NCBI GenBank assembly: GCA_038064855.1
Contig: JBBTSE010000002.1
Coordinates: 72,815-136,814, forward strand
DNA length: 64,000 bases
Reading direction: 5' to 3'
Source: Patescibacteria group bacterium
GTDB lineage: Bacteria > Patescibacteriota > Minisyncoccia > Ryanbacterales > GWA2-47-10b
Shown: positions 1 to 9,511 of the stretch, piece by piece
How the letters are laid out: every line of letters begins with the position of its first letter
Position numbering within the stretch: the stretch's first letter is position 1
Made by a program: the position numbers and the translations under genes
Notes under the pieces: model-generated
Databases searched by the model: none
The model's input: the letters and a program-made list of their open reading frames with translations, nothing else
Told to the model about the DNA's origin: nothing

Positions 1-1
1 C

Positions 2-577
2 AAGTGCTACAAGATCGGCTTCAAGAAGGGTGAGCTGCAAGTCTCGAATCACGCCTTCGACCCGCTCGTCTTGATCCCGTTCCAGGTGCCCCCGTTCGCC
101 ACCGAGGATGGCTGCCGGCTCCTGCCTGCCAAAGCTCCGCGTCCCGCGATGTTCTGCGTTCCCGTCGACAAGAAGCCGAGGCAGGCTCCCGTCGGCACGG
201 ACATCAAGAACGATTTCTTCGTGTACAAGATGAAGTGCCCCGAGCAGCCCAACTTCGTGCAGGGCGCGTCCGACCAGTTCGTGCGCGGCAACATGCAGGT
301 CAACCGCAAGACGACCGTGCGCATGTTGCTCGTCCCGGCGTACAAGACCACGACGCCGCCCGATCCTTCATGTCAGCCCACCGCGCCTCACCAGTGCGGC
401 GGCACCTGCCCCGACGCGACCGACATCTGTCGGCCCGATGCCGCGGACATCTGCAGGTGCATCCCGCAGATCTCGATGTCGTGCGGGCTCATCCCCGGCA
501 CGAACCAGTGCGGCGGCGATTGCGCCTCCGGACTCTCGTGCAAGCCATCAGCCACGGCGCCCTGCGCCTGCGGCTGA
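2..577 (+). CDS. 3' part of a Cys-rich, probably secreted hypothetical protein (runs off left edge)
   Basis: Frame open from base 2 (KCYKIGFKK...); Cys-dense C-terminus (QCGGTCP...QCGGDCASG...CACG); strongly C/G-ending codons unlike core genes. Confidence 0.75.
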   Translation, partial: KCYKIGFKKGELQVSNHAFDPLVLIPFQVPPFATEDGCRLLPAKAPRPAMFCVPVDKKPRQAPVGTDIKNDFFVYKMKCPEQPNFVQGASDQFVRGNMQVNRKTTVRMLLVPAYKTTTPPDPSCQPTAPHQCGGTCPDATDICRPDAADICRCIPQISMSCGLIPGTNQCGGDCASGLSCKPSATAPCACG

Positions 578-694
578 CCTAACCTCATCTGCGAGACGAG
601 ACCAAGGCCGTGCCCCCAACCCGAATCGTCGGGAAGGGGGCCTTTTTCTTGACACTGCTTCATCTTTTTGTTATTCTCGAGGGTACATTTTTAT

Positions 695-1120
695 ATGCCA
701 ACTATTCAGCAATTGATTCGTCACGGTCGCAAGCGCATCGTCAAAAAAGCGAAGGCGCCCGCTTTGCGTTTTAGCTTTAATACCATCCACAACAAGCGCG
801 TATGGCACAGCTCGCCGTTCAAACGCGGTGTATGTATAAAGGTAACCACCCAGACTCCAAAGAAGCCAAACTCCGCTATCCGTAAAGTAGCGCGAGTTCG
901 TCTTTCGAATGGTATGGAAGTAACTGCGTATATCCCGGGTATCGGCCACAACTTGCAAGAGCACTCAGTGGTCATGGTGCGTGGCGGTCGCGTAAAAGAC
1001 TTGCCAGGTGTGCGCTATCACATCGTTCGTGGTGTACTCGATGCGTCAGGTGTTGAGACGCGTCGCCAGGCTCGTTCAAAGTACGGATCAAAGCGGCCAA
1101 AGGCGAAGGCAAAGGCATAA
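695..1120 (+). CDS. rpsL: 30S ribosomal protein S12
   Basis: [27 protein letters not shown] motifs. Confidence 0.99.
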   Translation: MPTIQQLIRHGRKRIVKKAKAPALRFSFNTIHNKRVWHSSPFKRGVCIKVTTQTPKKPNSAIRKVARVRLSNGMEVTAYIPGIGHNLQEHSVVMVRGGRVKDLPGVRYHIVRGVLDASGVETRRQARSKYGSKRPKAKAKA

Positions 1121-1139
1121 TTACTACTGAATATTTTTT

Positions 1140-1610
1140 ATGCGTAGAAAACGAAATTACAAACGAGATATCATGCCAGATCCAAAATTTGGTGACGAGA
1201 CACTCGCAAAGTTTATCAACCACCTCATGATTGGTGGCAAAAAATCAACCGCGCGTACATGCATGTACGACGCGCTTGATGAGATCGCAAAAATCCAAAA
1301 GACCGAAGATCCTATGGCGGTATTCAACGCAGCGCTTACCAATGTGGGCCCGCAGGTTGAAGTAAAATCTCGCCGCGTTGGTGGCGCAAACTATCAGGTA
1401 CCCCGTGAAGTTCGCGGTGACCGCCGTATGACGCTCGCGATGCGTTGGATCATCGCCGCATCACGCGCCAAAAAAGGCAAGCCGATCTCAAAGCGTCTTG
1501 CTGATGAATTTATGCTTGCATCAAAAAACGAAGGTACCGCCATCAAGAAAAAACTCGACACCCATCGTATGGCAGAAGCCAACAAGGCCTTTGCACACTT
1601 CGCGTGGTAA
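1140..1610 (+). CDS. rpsG: 30S ribosomal protein S7
   Basis: SRRVGGANYQVP, HRMAEANKAFAHF. Confidence 0.99.
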   Translation: MRRKRNYKRDIMPDPKFGDETLAKFINHLMIGGKKSTARTCMYDALDEIAKIQKTEDPMAVFNAALTNVGPQVEVKSRRVGGANYQVPREVRGDRRMTLAMRWIIAASRAKKGKPISKRLADEFMLASKNEGTAIKKKLDTHRMAEANKAFAHFAW

Positions 1611-1622
1611 GCTACTGATTGT

Positions 1623-3734
1623 ATGGCACGCGACTATCCTCTCGATCGTATCCGTGATATCGGCATCATTGCTCATATCGACGCCGGCAAGACTACGGTC
1701 TCCGAGCGTGTTTTGTTTTACACCGGTGTATCGCACAAGATTGGTGAAGTACACGAAGGTGAAGCGGTCATGGATTGGATGGAGCAAGAACGAGAGCGTG
1801 GTATCACAATCACCTCAGCTGCAACTACCTGTTTTTGGCGCCCGACCTATCTTCCGGAAGCGCATAAAAATAAAGATCACGAATATCGTATCAATATCAT
1901 CGATACTCCAGGCCATGTGGATTTTACCGTCGAGGTTGAGCGCTCACTACGCGTACTCGATGGCGGTGTGGTTGTCTTTGATGGTGTTGCCGGCGTAGAG
2001 CCGCAGTCAGAAACGGTGTGGCGTCAGGCAGACAAGTACAAAGTGCCGCGCATGTGTTTCATCAACAAGCTCGATCGCACGGGCGCGTCATTTGAGCGCA
2101 GTTTTAACTCGATCATTGAACGACTCACACCAAATGCAGTCGCCGTACAACTTCCTATTGGTTTGGAAGGGGACTTCGCGGGTGTCATCGATCTTTTGCG
2201 TATGAAGGCATTTCGTTTTGAGGGTGATCACGGTGACAAAATTGTCACCGAAGAAATCCCCGCGAATCTCAAAGCCGATGCTGATCGGTATCGCCATATC
2301 TTGCTCGAAAAGATCGTCGAGACGGATGATGTACTCACCGAACAATATCTCGAAGGCAAAGAAATTTCATTTGATAATTTACAAAAAGCTTTGCGCGCCG
2401 CAACCATCGGGTACAAAATCGTACCGGTATTTTGTGGCTCCGCACTCAAAAACAAAGGCGTACAGCTCATGCTTGACGGTGTGGTAGATTATTTGCCAAG
2501 CCCACTCGATCGGCCACCGGTAGTGGGCAAAGATCCCAACACCGATGCTGATATCATCCGCGAGACATCTGACGAAGCGCCCTTTTCAGCGCTTGCGTTT
2601 AAGTTGCAGACTGATCCCTTTGTAGGTCAGCTGACTTATTTTCGTATCTATTCGGGTGTTATCGAGGCGGGTTCGTATATTTACAACGCGACCAAAGATC
2701 AAAAAGAGCGCGTAGGCCGCATCTTGCGCATGCATGCAAACCACCGCGAAGAAGTAAAAGAAATGCACGCAGGCGAGATTGGCGCCATCGTAGGTCTCAA
2801 ATCAACTACTACCGGTGATACGCTCACCGATCCTGAGCATCCAATAATCTTGGAGCGCATCATATTCCCCGAACCTGTTGTAGACCTCAAGATCGAACCA
2901 AAGACCAAAGTAGACCAAGAGCGCATGGGCTTCGCACTCAAGCGCCTTTCCGAAGAAGATCCGACATTCCGCATCAGTAGCAATGGCGAGACCGGCGAGA
3001 CGATCATCTCGGGTATGGGTGAATTGCACCTCGAGATTCTTGTCGATCGTATGCGCCGCGAGTTTAAGGTTGAGGCCAATGTCGGCAAGCCGCAGGTAGC
3101 GTACAAAGAAACCATCCGCAAAAAGGCGGAGGCGGAGGGCAAGTACATCAAGCAATCAGGTGGTCGCGGTCAGTACGGCCATGTGCGCCTTCGCGTTGAA
3201 CCAAACGAAACCGGCAAAGGTTTTGAATTTATCAACGAGATCAAGGGTGGCGCGATCCCCCAAGAGTTTATCCCCGCTGTACAAAAAGGTATCCGCGAAT
3301 CACTCGATCGCGGTGTGGTTGCGGGCTTCCCGATTGTGGATGTCAAAGTGGCACTCTACGATGGCTCATACCACGATGTAGACTCAAACGAAGCGGCGTT
3401 TAAGATCGCGGGTTCTATGGGCTTCCAAGAGGCCGCCAAGCGCGCCGATCCCGTACTGCTCGAGCCAATCATGAAGGTAGAAGTTATCGTACCCGCAGAC
3501 TTCATGGGTGAGGTGACGGGCGATATCAACTCAAAGCGCGGACGCATCGAGCGCATGGAAGACCGCCTCAACCTCAAAGTTATCGACGCCAAAGTGCCGC
3601 TCTCTGAGATGTTTGGTTATGTGACCAATTTACGATCACGCACCGAAGGACGCGGGTCATATACTATGGAATTCTCTTCATACGAAGAGGTACCAAAAAA
3701 TGTGTCGGCAGATATTATTGCTGGTAAAAAGTAA
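1623..3734 (+). CDS. fusA: Elongation factor G
   Basis: [26 protein letters not shown]; str operon order. Confidence 0.99.
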   Translation: MARDYPLDRIRDIGIIAHIDAGKTTVSERVLFYTGVSHKIGEVHEGEAVMDWMEQERERGITITSAATTCFWRPTYLPEAHKNKDHEYRINIIDTPGHVDFTVEVERSLRVLDGGVVVFDGVAGVEPQSETVWRQADKYKVPRMCFINKLDRTGASFERSFNSIIERLTPNAVAVQLPIGLEGDFAGVIDLLRMKAFRFEGDHGDKIVTEEIPANLKADADRYRHILLEKIVETDDVLTEQYLEGKEISFDNLQKALRAATIGYKIVPVFCGSALKNKGVQLMLDGVVDYLPSPLDRPPVVGKDPNTDADIIRETSDEAPFSALAFKLQTDPFVGQLTYFRIYSGVIEAGSYIYNATKDQKERVGRILRMHANHREEVKEMHAGEIGAIVGLKSTTTGDTLTDPEHPIILERIIFPEPVVDLKIEPKTKVDQERMGFALKRLSEEDPTFRISSNGETGETIISGMGELHLEILVDRMRREFKVEANVGKPQVAYKETIRKKAEAEGKYIKQSGGRGQYGHVRLRVEPNETGKGFEFINEIKGGAIPQEFIPAVQKGIRESLDRGVVAGFPIVDVKVALYDGSYHDVDSNEAAFKIAGSMGFQEAAKRADPVLLEPIMKVEVIVPADFMGEVTGDINSKRGRIERMEDRLNLKVIDAKVPLSEMFGYVTNLRSRTEGRGSYTMEFSSYEEVPKNVSADIIAGKK

Positions 3735-3752
3735 ATATATATCTGAACAAAA

Positions 3753-3778
3753 AATGCCTTTCGGGGCATTTGTTTGTT
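3753..3778 (+). terminator. Intrinsic terminator after fusA
   Basis: aatgcc-tttc-ggggcatt hairpin followed by T-rich run. Confidence 0.6.
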
Positions 3779-3791
3779 TTGCACAGGAGTC

Positions 3792-3820
3792 TTGTCAAAA
3801 TGATTTGCTTTGAGTAGAGT
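3792..3820 (+). promoter_or_regulatory. Sigma70-like promoter of an unannotated intergenic transcript
   Basis: TTGTCA-17 nt-TAGAGT. Confidence 0.5.
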
Positions 3821-3825
3821 AGAGG

Positions 3826-4039
3826 AGAAGCACCTCGTACATGGGGACTCACAAGAGTCCCAATGTCGTACGTGGAGACTCACAAAAGTCTCCCCAACAT
3901 GAAGGAGGTTAGGATGAGGCAGAAGTTCGTCAACTGCCAGCGCAGAGCCGGCCCGATCTAGGCACGACCCCCTCCTCAACAGTCGCTACGGCGACACCCC
4001 CCGGCGGAGTCCCTCATGGACTCCGCCGATTTCTTTTTT
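3826..4039 (+). ncRNA. Candidate structured small RNA or small-ORF transcript between fusA and tuf
   Basis: Own promoter, two tandem related hairpins with ACAA loops, AGGAGG/CCTCCT pair, strong terminator cggcggagtcc-ctcat-ggactccgccg plus U-tract. Confidence 0.4.
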
Positions 4040-4067
4040 ATTTGATTTTGAGGTATATACTACATAC

Positions 4068-4190
4068 ATGGCACACGAACCTGAAGATGCTGGCGCACGC
4101 GAGGTAGATGGCGATTTCTTCTTTGCCGAAGAGGTGTTGGCCGAAGATCTCGAGAGGGTAGAGGCCACAGCCGACGACCTTCCATTATAG
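4068..4190 (+). CDS. 40-aa acidic microprotein (MAHEPEDAGAREVDGDFFFAEEVLAEDLERVEATADDLPL)
   Basis: Translated by hand (below the ORF-track cutoff); TATACT 6 nt upstream of ATG, as in many genes here. Confidence 0.55.
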   Translation: MAHEPEDAGAREVDGDFFFAEEVLAEDLERVEATADDLPL

Positions 4191-4283
4191 GGAAAGCCCC
4201 AAAGCTCCCTATTTGACAGGGGAGGATATTTTCACTATCATGGGCGTTATCTAATAATTACTCGTTTTAAACGCTTTTTCACT

Positions 4284-5480
4284 ATGGCAACGGAAAAATT
4301 TGACCGTTCAAAGCCGCACCTCAATGTGGGAACCATTGGTCATGTCGACCACGGAAAGACCACACTGACGGCGGCAATCCTCCATTGCTTGGCACTCGCC
4401 GGAAACAAGGTGCGTGTTGAGGATGTGAGCCAGATTGACAACGCACCCGAGGAGCGGGCGCGTGGTATTACTATTGCACTCCACCACTCAGAGTATGAGT
4501 CGGCAAAGCGCCACTACGCGCACATTGATGCACCTGGTCACGCAGATTACATCAAAAACATGATCACCGGTGCCGCCCAGATGGACGGCGCAGTGCTTGT
4601 GGTAGCCGCCACTGACGGCCCTATGCCACAGACGCGTGAGCATATCTTGCTCGCAAAACAGGTTGGCGTACCTACGATCATCGTATTTCTCAACAAGTGC
4701 GATGCAGTAGACGATCCAGAGCTTATTGATCTCGTCGAACAAGAAATTCGCGAGCTTCTCACCAAGTATGATTACCCAGGTGAAACGACCCCGATCATTC
4801 GTGGGTCAGCGCTCAAGGCACTTGAGGGCAAGACTGTTGATGATCCTGCGGTCAAAGCAGTACTTGAGCTTGCAAACCAGCTTGATAACTATATTCCTGA
4901 GCCAGTTCGCGACCTCGAAAAGCCATTCTTGATGCCAGTAGAAGATGTGTTCTCTATTGAAGGACGCGGTACTGTCGTCACCGGTAAGATCGAGCGCGGT
5001 CAGGTAAAGGTGGGCGAGGAAATTGAAATCATCGGTATCCGCGACACCCAAAAGACGGTCGTCACTGGTATTGAAATGTTCAACAAATCTCTTGACGAAG
5101 GTCGGGCAGGCGACAACGCAGGTCTCCTCCTTCGTGGTCTCAAAAAAGAAGATGTTGAGCGCGGTCAGGTTTTGGCGAAGCCAGGATCAGTCACCCCTCA
5201 CACCGAGTTTGAGGCAGAGGTATATATCCTCACCAAAGAAGAAGGCGGACGCCACACGCCATTTTTCGCGGGCTACAAGCCACAGTTTTACATTCGCACC
5301 ACTGATGTGACCGGCGAGGTAACCCTTCCACAGGGCACCGAGATGGTTATGCCAGGTGATACGATGAAGTTCCAAGTAAAACTCGTACAGCCGGTAGCTT
5401 TAGAAGAAAAACAGCGCTTTGCTATCCGCGAGGGTGGTAAGACTGTCGGTGCTGGTGTTGTTACCAAAATCACCAAGTAA
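4284..5480 (+). CDS. tuf: Elongation factor Tu
   Basis: [31 protein letters not shown]. Confidence 0.99.
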   Translation: MATEKFDRSKPHLNVGTIGHVDHGKTTLTAAILHCLALAGNKVRVEDVSQIDNAPEERARGITIALHHSEYESAKRHYAHIDAPGHADYIKNMITGAAQMDGAVLVVAATDGPMPQTREHILLAKQVGVPTIIVFLNKCDAVDDPELIDLVEQEIRELLTKYDYPGETTPIIRGSALKALEGKTVDDPAVKAVLELANQLDNYIPEPVRDLEKPFLMPVEDVFSIEGRGTVVTGKIERGQVKVGEEIEIIGIRDTQKTVVTGIEMFNKSLDEGRAGDNAGLLLRGLKKEDVERGQVLAKPGSVTPHTEFEAEVYILTKEEGGRHTPFFAGYKPQFYIRTTDVTGEVTLPQGTEMVMPGDTMKFQVKLVQPVALEEKQRFAIREGGKTVGAGVVTKITK

Positions 5481-5503
5481 TATAATCCTTTACTAGATAT
5501 CAA

Positions 5504-5836
5504 ATGGCACGAGCAGCAGAAAAAACTCCAACCGCGACCAAGCTCCGCATTCGCATCCGCGCGTATGACAACAAGGTCATCGACGCGTCGGTCAAGCAGA
5601 TTGTAGAGACCGCGCGCAGGTATGGGGGCGAGATTGTAGGGCCGGTGCCGTTACCGACAGAAATCCGTAAGTACACGGTAAACCGCTCAACCTTCGTGCA
5701 TAAAAATGCCCGTGAGCAGTTTGAGATGCGAGTGCATAAGCGCATCATCGATATCAAGAACCCAACGCCCAAGATCATCGATGCGCTTACCAACCTCAAC
5801 CTTCCCGCCGGTGTTGATGTCGAAGTAAAGATGTAA
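5504..5836 (+). CDS. rpsJ: 30S ribosomal protein S10
   Basis: [26 protein letters not shown]. Confidence 0.99.
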   Translation: MARAAEKTPTATKLRIRIRAYDNKVIDASVKQIVETARRYGGEIVGPVPLPTEIRKYTVNRSTFVHKNAREQFEMRVHKRIIDIKNPTPKIIDALTNLNLPAGVDVEVKM

Positions 5837-5855
5837 AAAGGGTTCTGCCCTAAAC

Positions 5856-5883
5856 CAAAAACCGCCCTCGGGCGGTTTTTGGT
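5856..5883 (+). repeat. 28-bp direct repeat copy 1 (terminator hairpin)
   Basis: caaaaaccgccctcgggcggtttttggt, identical to 6411-6438. Confidence 0.9.
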
Positions 5884-5894
5884 ATACTGTAAAC

Positions 5895-6143
5895 ATGAGA
5901 TATATTTTGTCGCCCCATGCAAAGTTGCGCATGAAGGAGCGATCGATACAGCAGAGTCTTCTTGAGGGAACTCTGGCGAATCCAACAAAAGTATTATATG
6001 ATGCAAGAGGTAGATTAATGTTTAAAAAACTCTATAAAAAGCGGCATACAACGAGACTATTGATAGTTGTTGGTGAAAAAGTAAAAGACACACTGCGCGT
6101 TATTACGGTTATAGAAACATCTAAAATTAAGAAATATTTATGA
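5895..6143 (+). CDS. DUF4258-like putative toxin (RelE/BrnT-type RNase fold)
   Basis: SPHAKLRMKERSI...LIVV...VITV pattern; overlaps partner gene by 4 nt. Confidence 0.75.
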   Translation: MRYILSPHAKLRMKERSIQQSLLEGTLANPTKVLYDARGRLMFKKLYKKRHTTRLLIVVGEKVKDTLRVITVIETSKIKKYL

Positions 6144-6379
6144 ATAAACAACAAGGAAAAATTTCGTACGATCGAGGAAGTAGAGTGCTTTCTCTCGCCG
6201 TAGGTAAAGGCAAAAGCGTTGATTCTGATATCAGGGGCAATGTGGTCATTGATGTTGATAAAAAAGGCAATCCGGTACGCGTAGATATCCATAGTTTTAG
6301 TTTTGATGCTTTTCGTGCAGGCAAGGGCAAACTAGAACATTTCCTCGGTTCCAAGGCCAGGGTTGTCCAGTTGAGGTAA
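6140..6379 (+). CDS. DUF2283-like putative antitoxin
   Basis: ISYD...VLSL...VVIDVDKKGNPVRVDI pattern. Confidence 0.75.
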   Translation: MNKQQGKISYDRGSRVLSLAVGKGKSVDSDIRGNVVIDVDKKGNPVRVDIHSFSFDAFRAGKGKLEHFLGSKARVVQLR

Positions 6380-6410
6380 TCTAACTATATTGGCAAGGAT
6401 TCTGTTCTAT

Positions 6411-6438
6411 CAAAAACCGCCCTCGGGCGGTTTTTGGT
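6411..6438 (+). repeat. 28-bp direct repeat copy 2 (terminator hairpin)
   Basis: Identical to 5856-5883. Confidence 0.9.
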
Positions 6439-6462
6439 TTGAGGTGGTATACTGACAAAAGC

Positions 6463-6798
6463 ATGAATATCTATATAAGGATTATTTTGTGGGGGCTACT
6501 TGTTTTTTGGCTGGTCGGTTCTGCTGTCCTATTGCCTAAATTTTATTGCGGAGTTGGGAACGCAGGCAAAGCTGGGTCAGCTGTTTTTAATCAGAGTGAT
6601 CCAAATTTTCGGCAACACAGTAAGGTGATTTTTGATGACTGCTCGTATCCAGCAGTTTTCAAAATCCTTCTTAAGAGGCGCTTGATTCTAGACTATATGC
6701 TCGGTGTTATTGGGTTACCATTAATTCTCATCTCACTTTTTTATGGCGGTCAATTTCTTTATAAGAAAATCTTTCGAAAACAATATGACCACAAATGA
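6463..6798 (+). CDS. Hypothetical membrane protein (2 TM)
   Basis: Two hydrophobic segments; AT-rich; TATACT upstream. Confidence 0.6.
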   Translation: MNIYIRIILWGLLVFWLVGSAVLLPKFYCGVGNAGKAGSAVFNQSDPNFRQHSKVIFDDCSYPAVFKILLKRRLILDYMLGVIGLPLILISLFYGGQFLYKKIFRKQYDHK

Positions 6799-7237
6799 AT
6801 TTACAAAGCCGGAGAATTTGGAAAAGTATTCTTTTCTCTGGTCAGAGGCGCGGCTTTTGGTAGCTGCCGTAGCGTTGTTCGCGGGCGGTATTCCAGCAGT
6901 GTATTTATTGCCGATTCCCTACCTATTTGTAGGTTTAGTAAGTACTCTCCTCACGCTCTCGTGGCTTGTTTCGGGCGCGGCATCAGCGTATCTTGGCTGG
7001 CGCTGGTATACGGGTGGGCAAAAAGTATTTGGCAAAAAAGATACGCGTGATACTGTCGCTTTTTTTGTCAGCGTAGTGTCAGGTATCAATCTCGGGCTCG
7101 TTCCAATTTTAGGCAACAATATTGGTATGAGTATCGCGTGGGGCGGATTTGTCTTTACCGTGACCGCTATTTTATATGTCGTTGCCGCAGTACATCTCTG
7201 GATGCGCTGGAACGCGCATGGCAAAAAAGTTTTTTAG
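6785..7237 (+). CDS. Hypothetical membrane protein (4 TM)
   Basis: Four hydrophobic segments. Confidence 0.7.
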   Translation: MTTNEFTKPENLEKYSFLWSEARLLVAAVALFAGGIPAVYLLPIPYLFVGLVSTLLTLSWLVSGAASAYLGWRWYTGGQKVFGKKDTRDTVAFFVSVVSGINLGLVPILGNNIGMSIAWGGFVFTVTAILYVVAAVHLWMRWNAHGKKVF

Positions 7238-7262
7238 AAATAAATCGCATACAAAGAAAATT

Positions 7263-7289
7263 CCCCAGTCACCGTGATGGTGACTGGGG
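7263..7289. terminator. Inverted repeat between convergent genes
   Basis: ccccagtcacc-gtgat-ggtgactgggg. Confidence 0.6.
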
Positions 7290-7322
7290 TTTGCCGTTTG
7301 GCATGCTCCGTTATACGCAGAG

Positions 7323-7709
7323 CTAGTGGGGGAGAGCGTAGGCTCGCACGGTGTCGGTGAGCTCGTTGGGCACGCCCGATGACTTCGGTACGAACGCCAT
7401 AGCTCCCAGCTTCACCGCCGCCTCGGCGATGCCAGTCATCGTCTCGCGTGAGTAGATGATGATGGGCATCTGGGGGTGTGTCTCGCGCATGCCCGAGACG
7501 AGCTGCATGCCGGGCCGAAACCCTCTGCCCGCCACAATCTCGATGACCATGATGTCAGGACGCTCTTCGTTTGCGATGACTCGCGCCTCCGCAAAGCTGT
7601 CTGTCTCGAGCAGTACTGCGTCCGGTTCGGCGTCTTTGAGCTTCTTGCGTACGCGTGCCCGATCCTCGGCACTTTCGTCCACGAGTAGTATCTTCATGGG
7701 TTGGTACAT
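7323..7709 (-). CDS. Single-domain response regulator receiver, atypical (acceptor Asp appears replaced by Glu)
   Basis: MKILLVDES...PDIMVIEI...PIIIYS...GAMAFVPK; AGGAGG SD upstream; start could be 7697. Confidence 0.85.
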   Translation of the reverse strand: MYQPMKILLVDESAEDRARVRKKLKDAEPDAVLLETDSFAEARVIANEERPDIMVIEIVAGRGFRPGMQLVSGMRETHPQMPIIIYSRETMTGIAEAAVKLGAMAFVPKSSGVPNELTDTVRAYALPH

Positions 7710-7921
7710 TCCTCCTTCTAATAATAAAAAATACCCCAAAACCTTTAAAGAGTCAATGTTTTGATGGGTAGACTCGTCCCACTCTGGACAGCTCTTTTTC
7801 GTTGTGCTACAAAGGGGTCATGTTTCTCTGGTGATTTCCCCCCAGATAGTGACGGTAAGGCCTAGCCCCGCCGTGCGGGGTGTTTTATTACCTGATGGGA
7901 ACAGCTCCATAAGCGGGGTAT

Positions 7922-8464
7922 ATGAAAAAATTCATCCTCGGTAAAAAGCTCGAAATGAGCCAAATATTCAAAGACGACGGCACAGTAATCCCTGTGACCG
8001 TCATTCAAGCTGGCCCCGTCGAGATCTCTCAAGTAAAGGGCAAGGAAAAAGACGGTTATGAGGCAGTACAAGTCCTTTTCGGCAAAACTCGCAAAGAATT
8101 TCGTACGGAAGATTCATACGAAAAAGGCGGCAAAATCGATGTTTCGGTTTTTGCGGAAGGGGATTTTGTAAAAGTATCAGGCACCATGAAGGGTCGTGGT
8201 TTTCAAGGCGTGGTCAAGCGCCACGGCTTCAAGGGTGCTCCTAAGTCCCACGGTACCAAGCACGCCCACCGCGAGCCGGGTTCAATCGGTGCAGTATGGC
8301 CTCAGCGCGTACTCAAGGGTACTCGTATGGGTGGTCGTATGGGTGGTACTCGTATTACCGTAGAAAATCTGATGGTCGCCAAAGTCGATGCTGAGAAAAA
8401 CTTACTGTATGTACGCGGCGCGGTTCCGGGCGCTCGTGGTACACTCTTGGAAATTTCTGCATAA
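7922..8464 (+). CDS. rplC: 50S ribosomal protein L3 (short form)
   Basis: GKKLEMSQIF, KGRGFQGVVKRHGF, RGAVPG. Confidence 0.98.
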   Translation: MKKFILGKKLEMSQIFKDDGTVIPVTVIQAGPVEISQVKGKEKDGYEAVQVLFGKTRKEFRTEDSYEKGGKIDVSVFAEGDFVKVSGTMKGRGFQGVVKRHGFKGAPKSHGTKHAHREPGSIGAVWPQRVLKGTRMGGRMGGTRITVENLMVAKVDAEKNLLYVRGAVPGARGTLLEISA

Positions 8465-8470
8465 CCTATC

Positions 8471-9115
8471 ATGGAAGCTCCACTCTACAACCAAAAAGGT
8501 GATACGGTCGGCAAGATTGCTCTTTCTGATGCTCTTTTCGCTGTTCGTTGGAGCCCAACACTCGTACACGAGACCGTTATCCAGATCCAGGCAAATCGCA
8601 GGAAGGCGATCGCTCATGTTAAAGATCGTGGTGAAGTGCGTGGTGGTGGCAAAAAGCCTTGGCGCCAAAAGGGTACGGGGCGAGCCCGACACGGTTCTAC
8701 TCGCTCACCGTTGTGGGTTGGTGGTGGTGTGACTCACGGTCCATCAAAGGACAAAAATTTTACGACAAAAATAAATAAAAAAGCACGCAGAAAAGCTCTT
8801 GCGGCTGCCCTCTCACACAAATTCAAAGACGGCGAGATTATTTTTGTAGACGCGCTCGCAACCGAAAAACCAAAGACCAAAGAGGCAGCAGTATTTCTCA
8901 AGGCTTTTGGCAAAGCAATCGGCAAAGAGACTTTCGGTGTAAAAGGTGGCCGTACACTCATCTTGACCGCAAAGTCACAGCCCGAGACTGTTCGCGCGTT
9001 TCGCAACTTGCCATTTGTTGAGATCATGGAGGCGCGCAACATAAATGTCGAAGAGGCGCTCTTGCCAAAGTATTTGGTATTTACCAAAGACGCGGTAGCA
9101 ACGATTGCTCGCTAA
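8471..9115 (+). CDS. rplD: 50S ribosomal protein L4
   Basis: [19 protein letters not shown]. Confidence 0.99.
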   Translation: MEAPLYNQKGDTVGKIALSDALFAVRWSPTLVHETVIQIQANRRKAIAHVKDRGEVRGGGKKPWRQKGTGRARHGSTRSPLWVGGGVTHGPSKDKNFTTKINKKARRKALAAALSHKFKDGEIIFVDALATEKPKTKEAAVFLKAFGKAIGKETFGVKGGRTLILTAKSQPETVRAFRNLPFVEIMEARNINVEEALLPKYLVFTKDAVATIAR

Positions 9116-9124
9116 TCAACTATT

Positions 9125-9505
9125 ATGGCACTCCTCCCCTTTTTAAAGAAAAAAGAAAAAATAGAAAAACATGATCACGAAGGTCATGACCATGATCACG
9201 CCGAGCAAAAACCTATGACGCGTTTTGAGGGTGTTGAGCGCGCGGTACTTATCGCTCCGCATGTTACCGAGCGCGCACGCCAGCTCTCTGAAGTCGGTCA
9301 GTATGTATTTCGTATTGCTACGACAGCCAACAAACAAGCAGTTCGTAAGGCAGTCGAGCGCGCGTACAAAGTGCATGTTACCGGTGTCCGTATTGTGACT
9401 GCGCATGAAAAACCACGCCGCCGTGGGTTGACGGTGGGTGTTAAAAGAGGGTATAAAAAGGCGGTGGTGGCACTCCGCAAAGGCGAGGCCATCGATATTT
9501 TTTAA
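9125..9505 (+). CDS. rplW: 50S ribosomal protein L23 with His-rich N-terminal extension
   Basis: PHVTE, YVF, KKAVV; operon order. Confidence 0.95.
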   Translation: MALLPFLKKKEKIEKHDHEGHDHDHAEQKPMTRFEGVERAVLIAPHVTERARQLSEVGQYVFRIATTANKQAVRKAVERAYKVHVTGVRIVTAHEKPRRRGLTVGVKRGYKKAVVALRKGEAIDIF

Positions 9506-9511
9506 TTACTT

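Noticed and set aside
3836-3893. Tandem hairpins as a CRISPR mini-array
   Set aside because: Only two imperfect units, no spacer-length unique sequence, no cas genes
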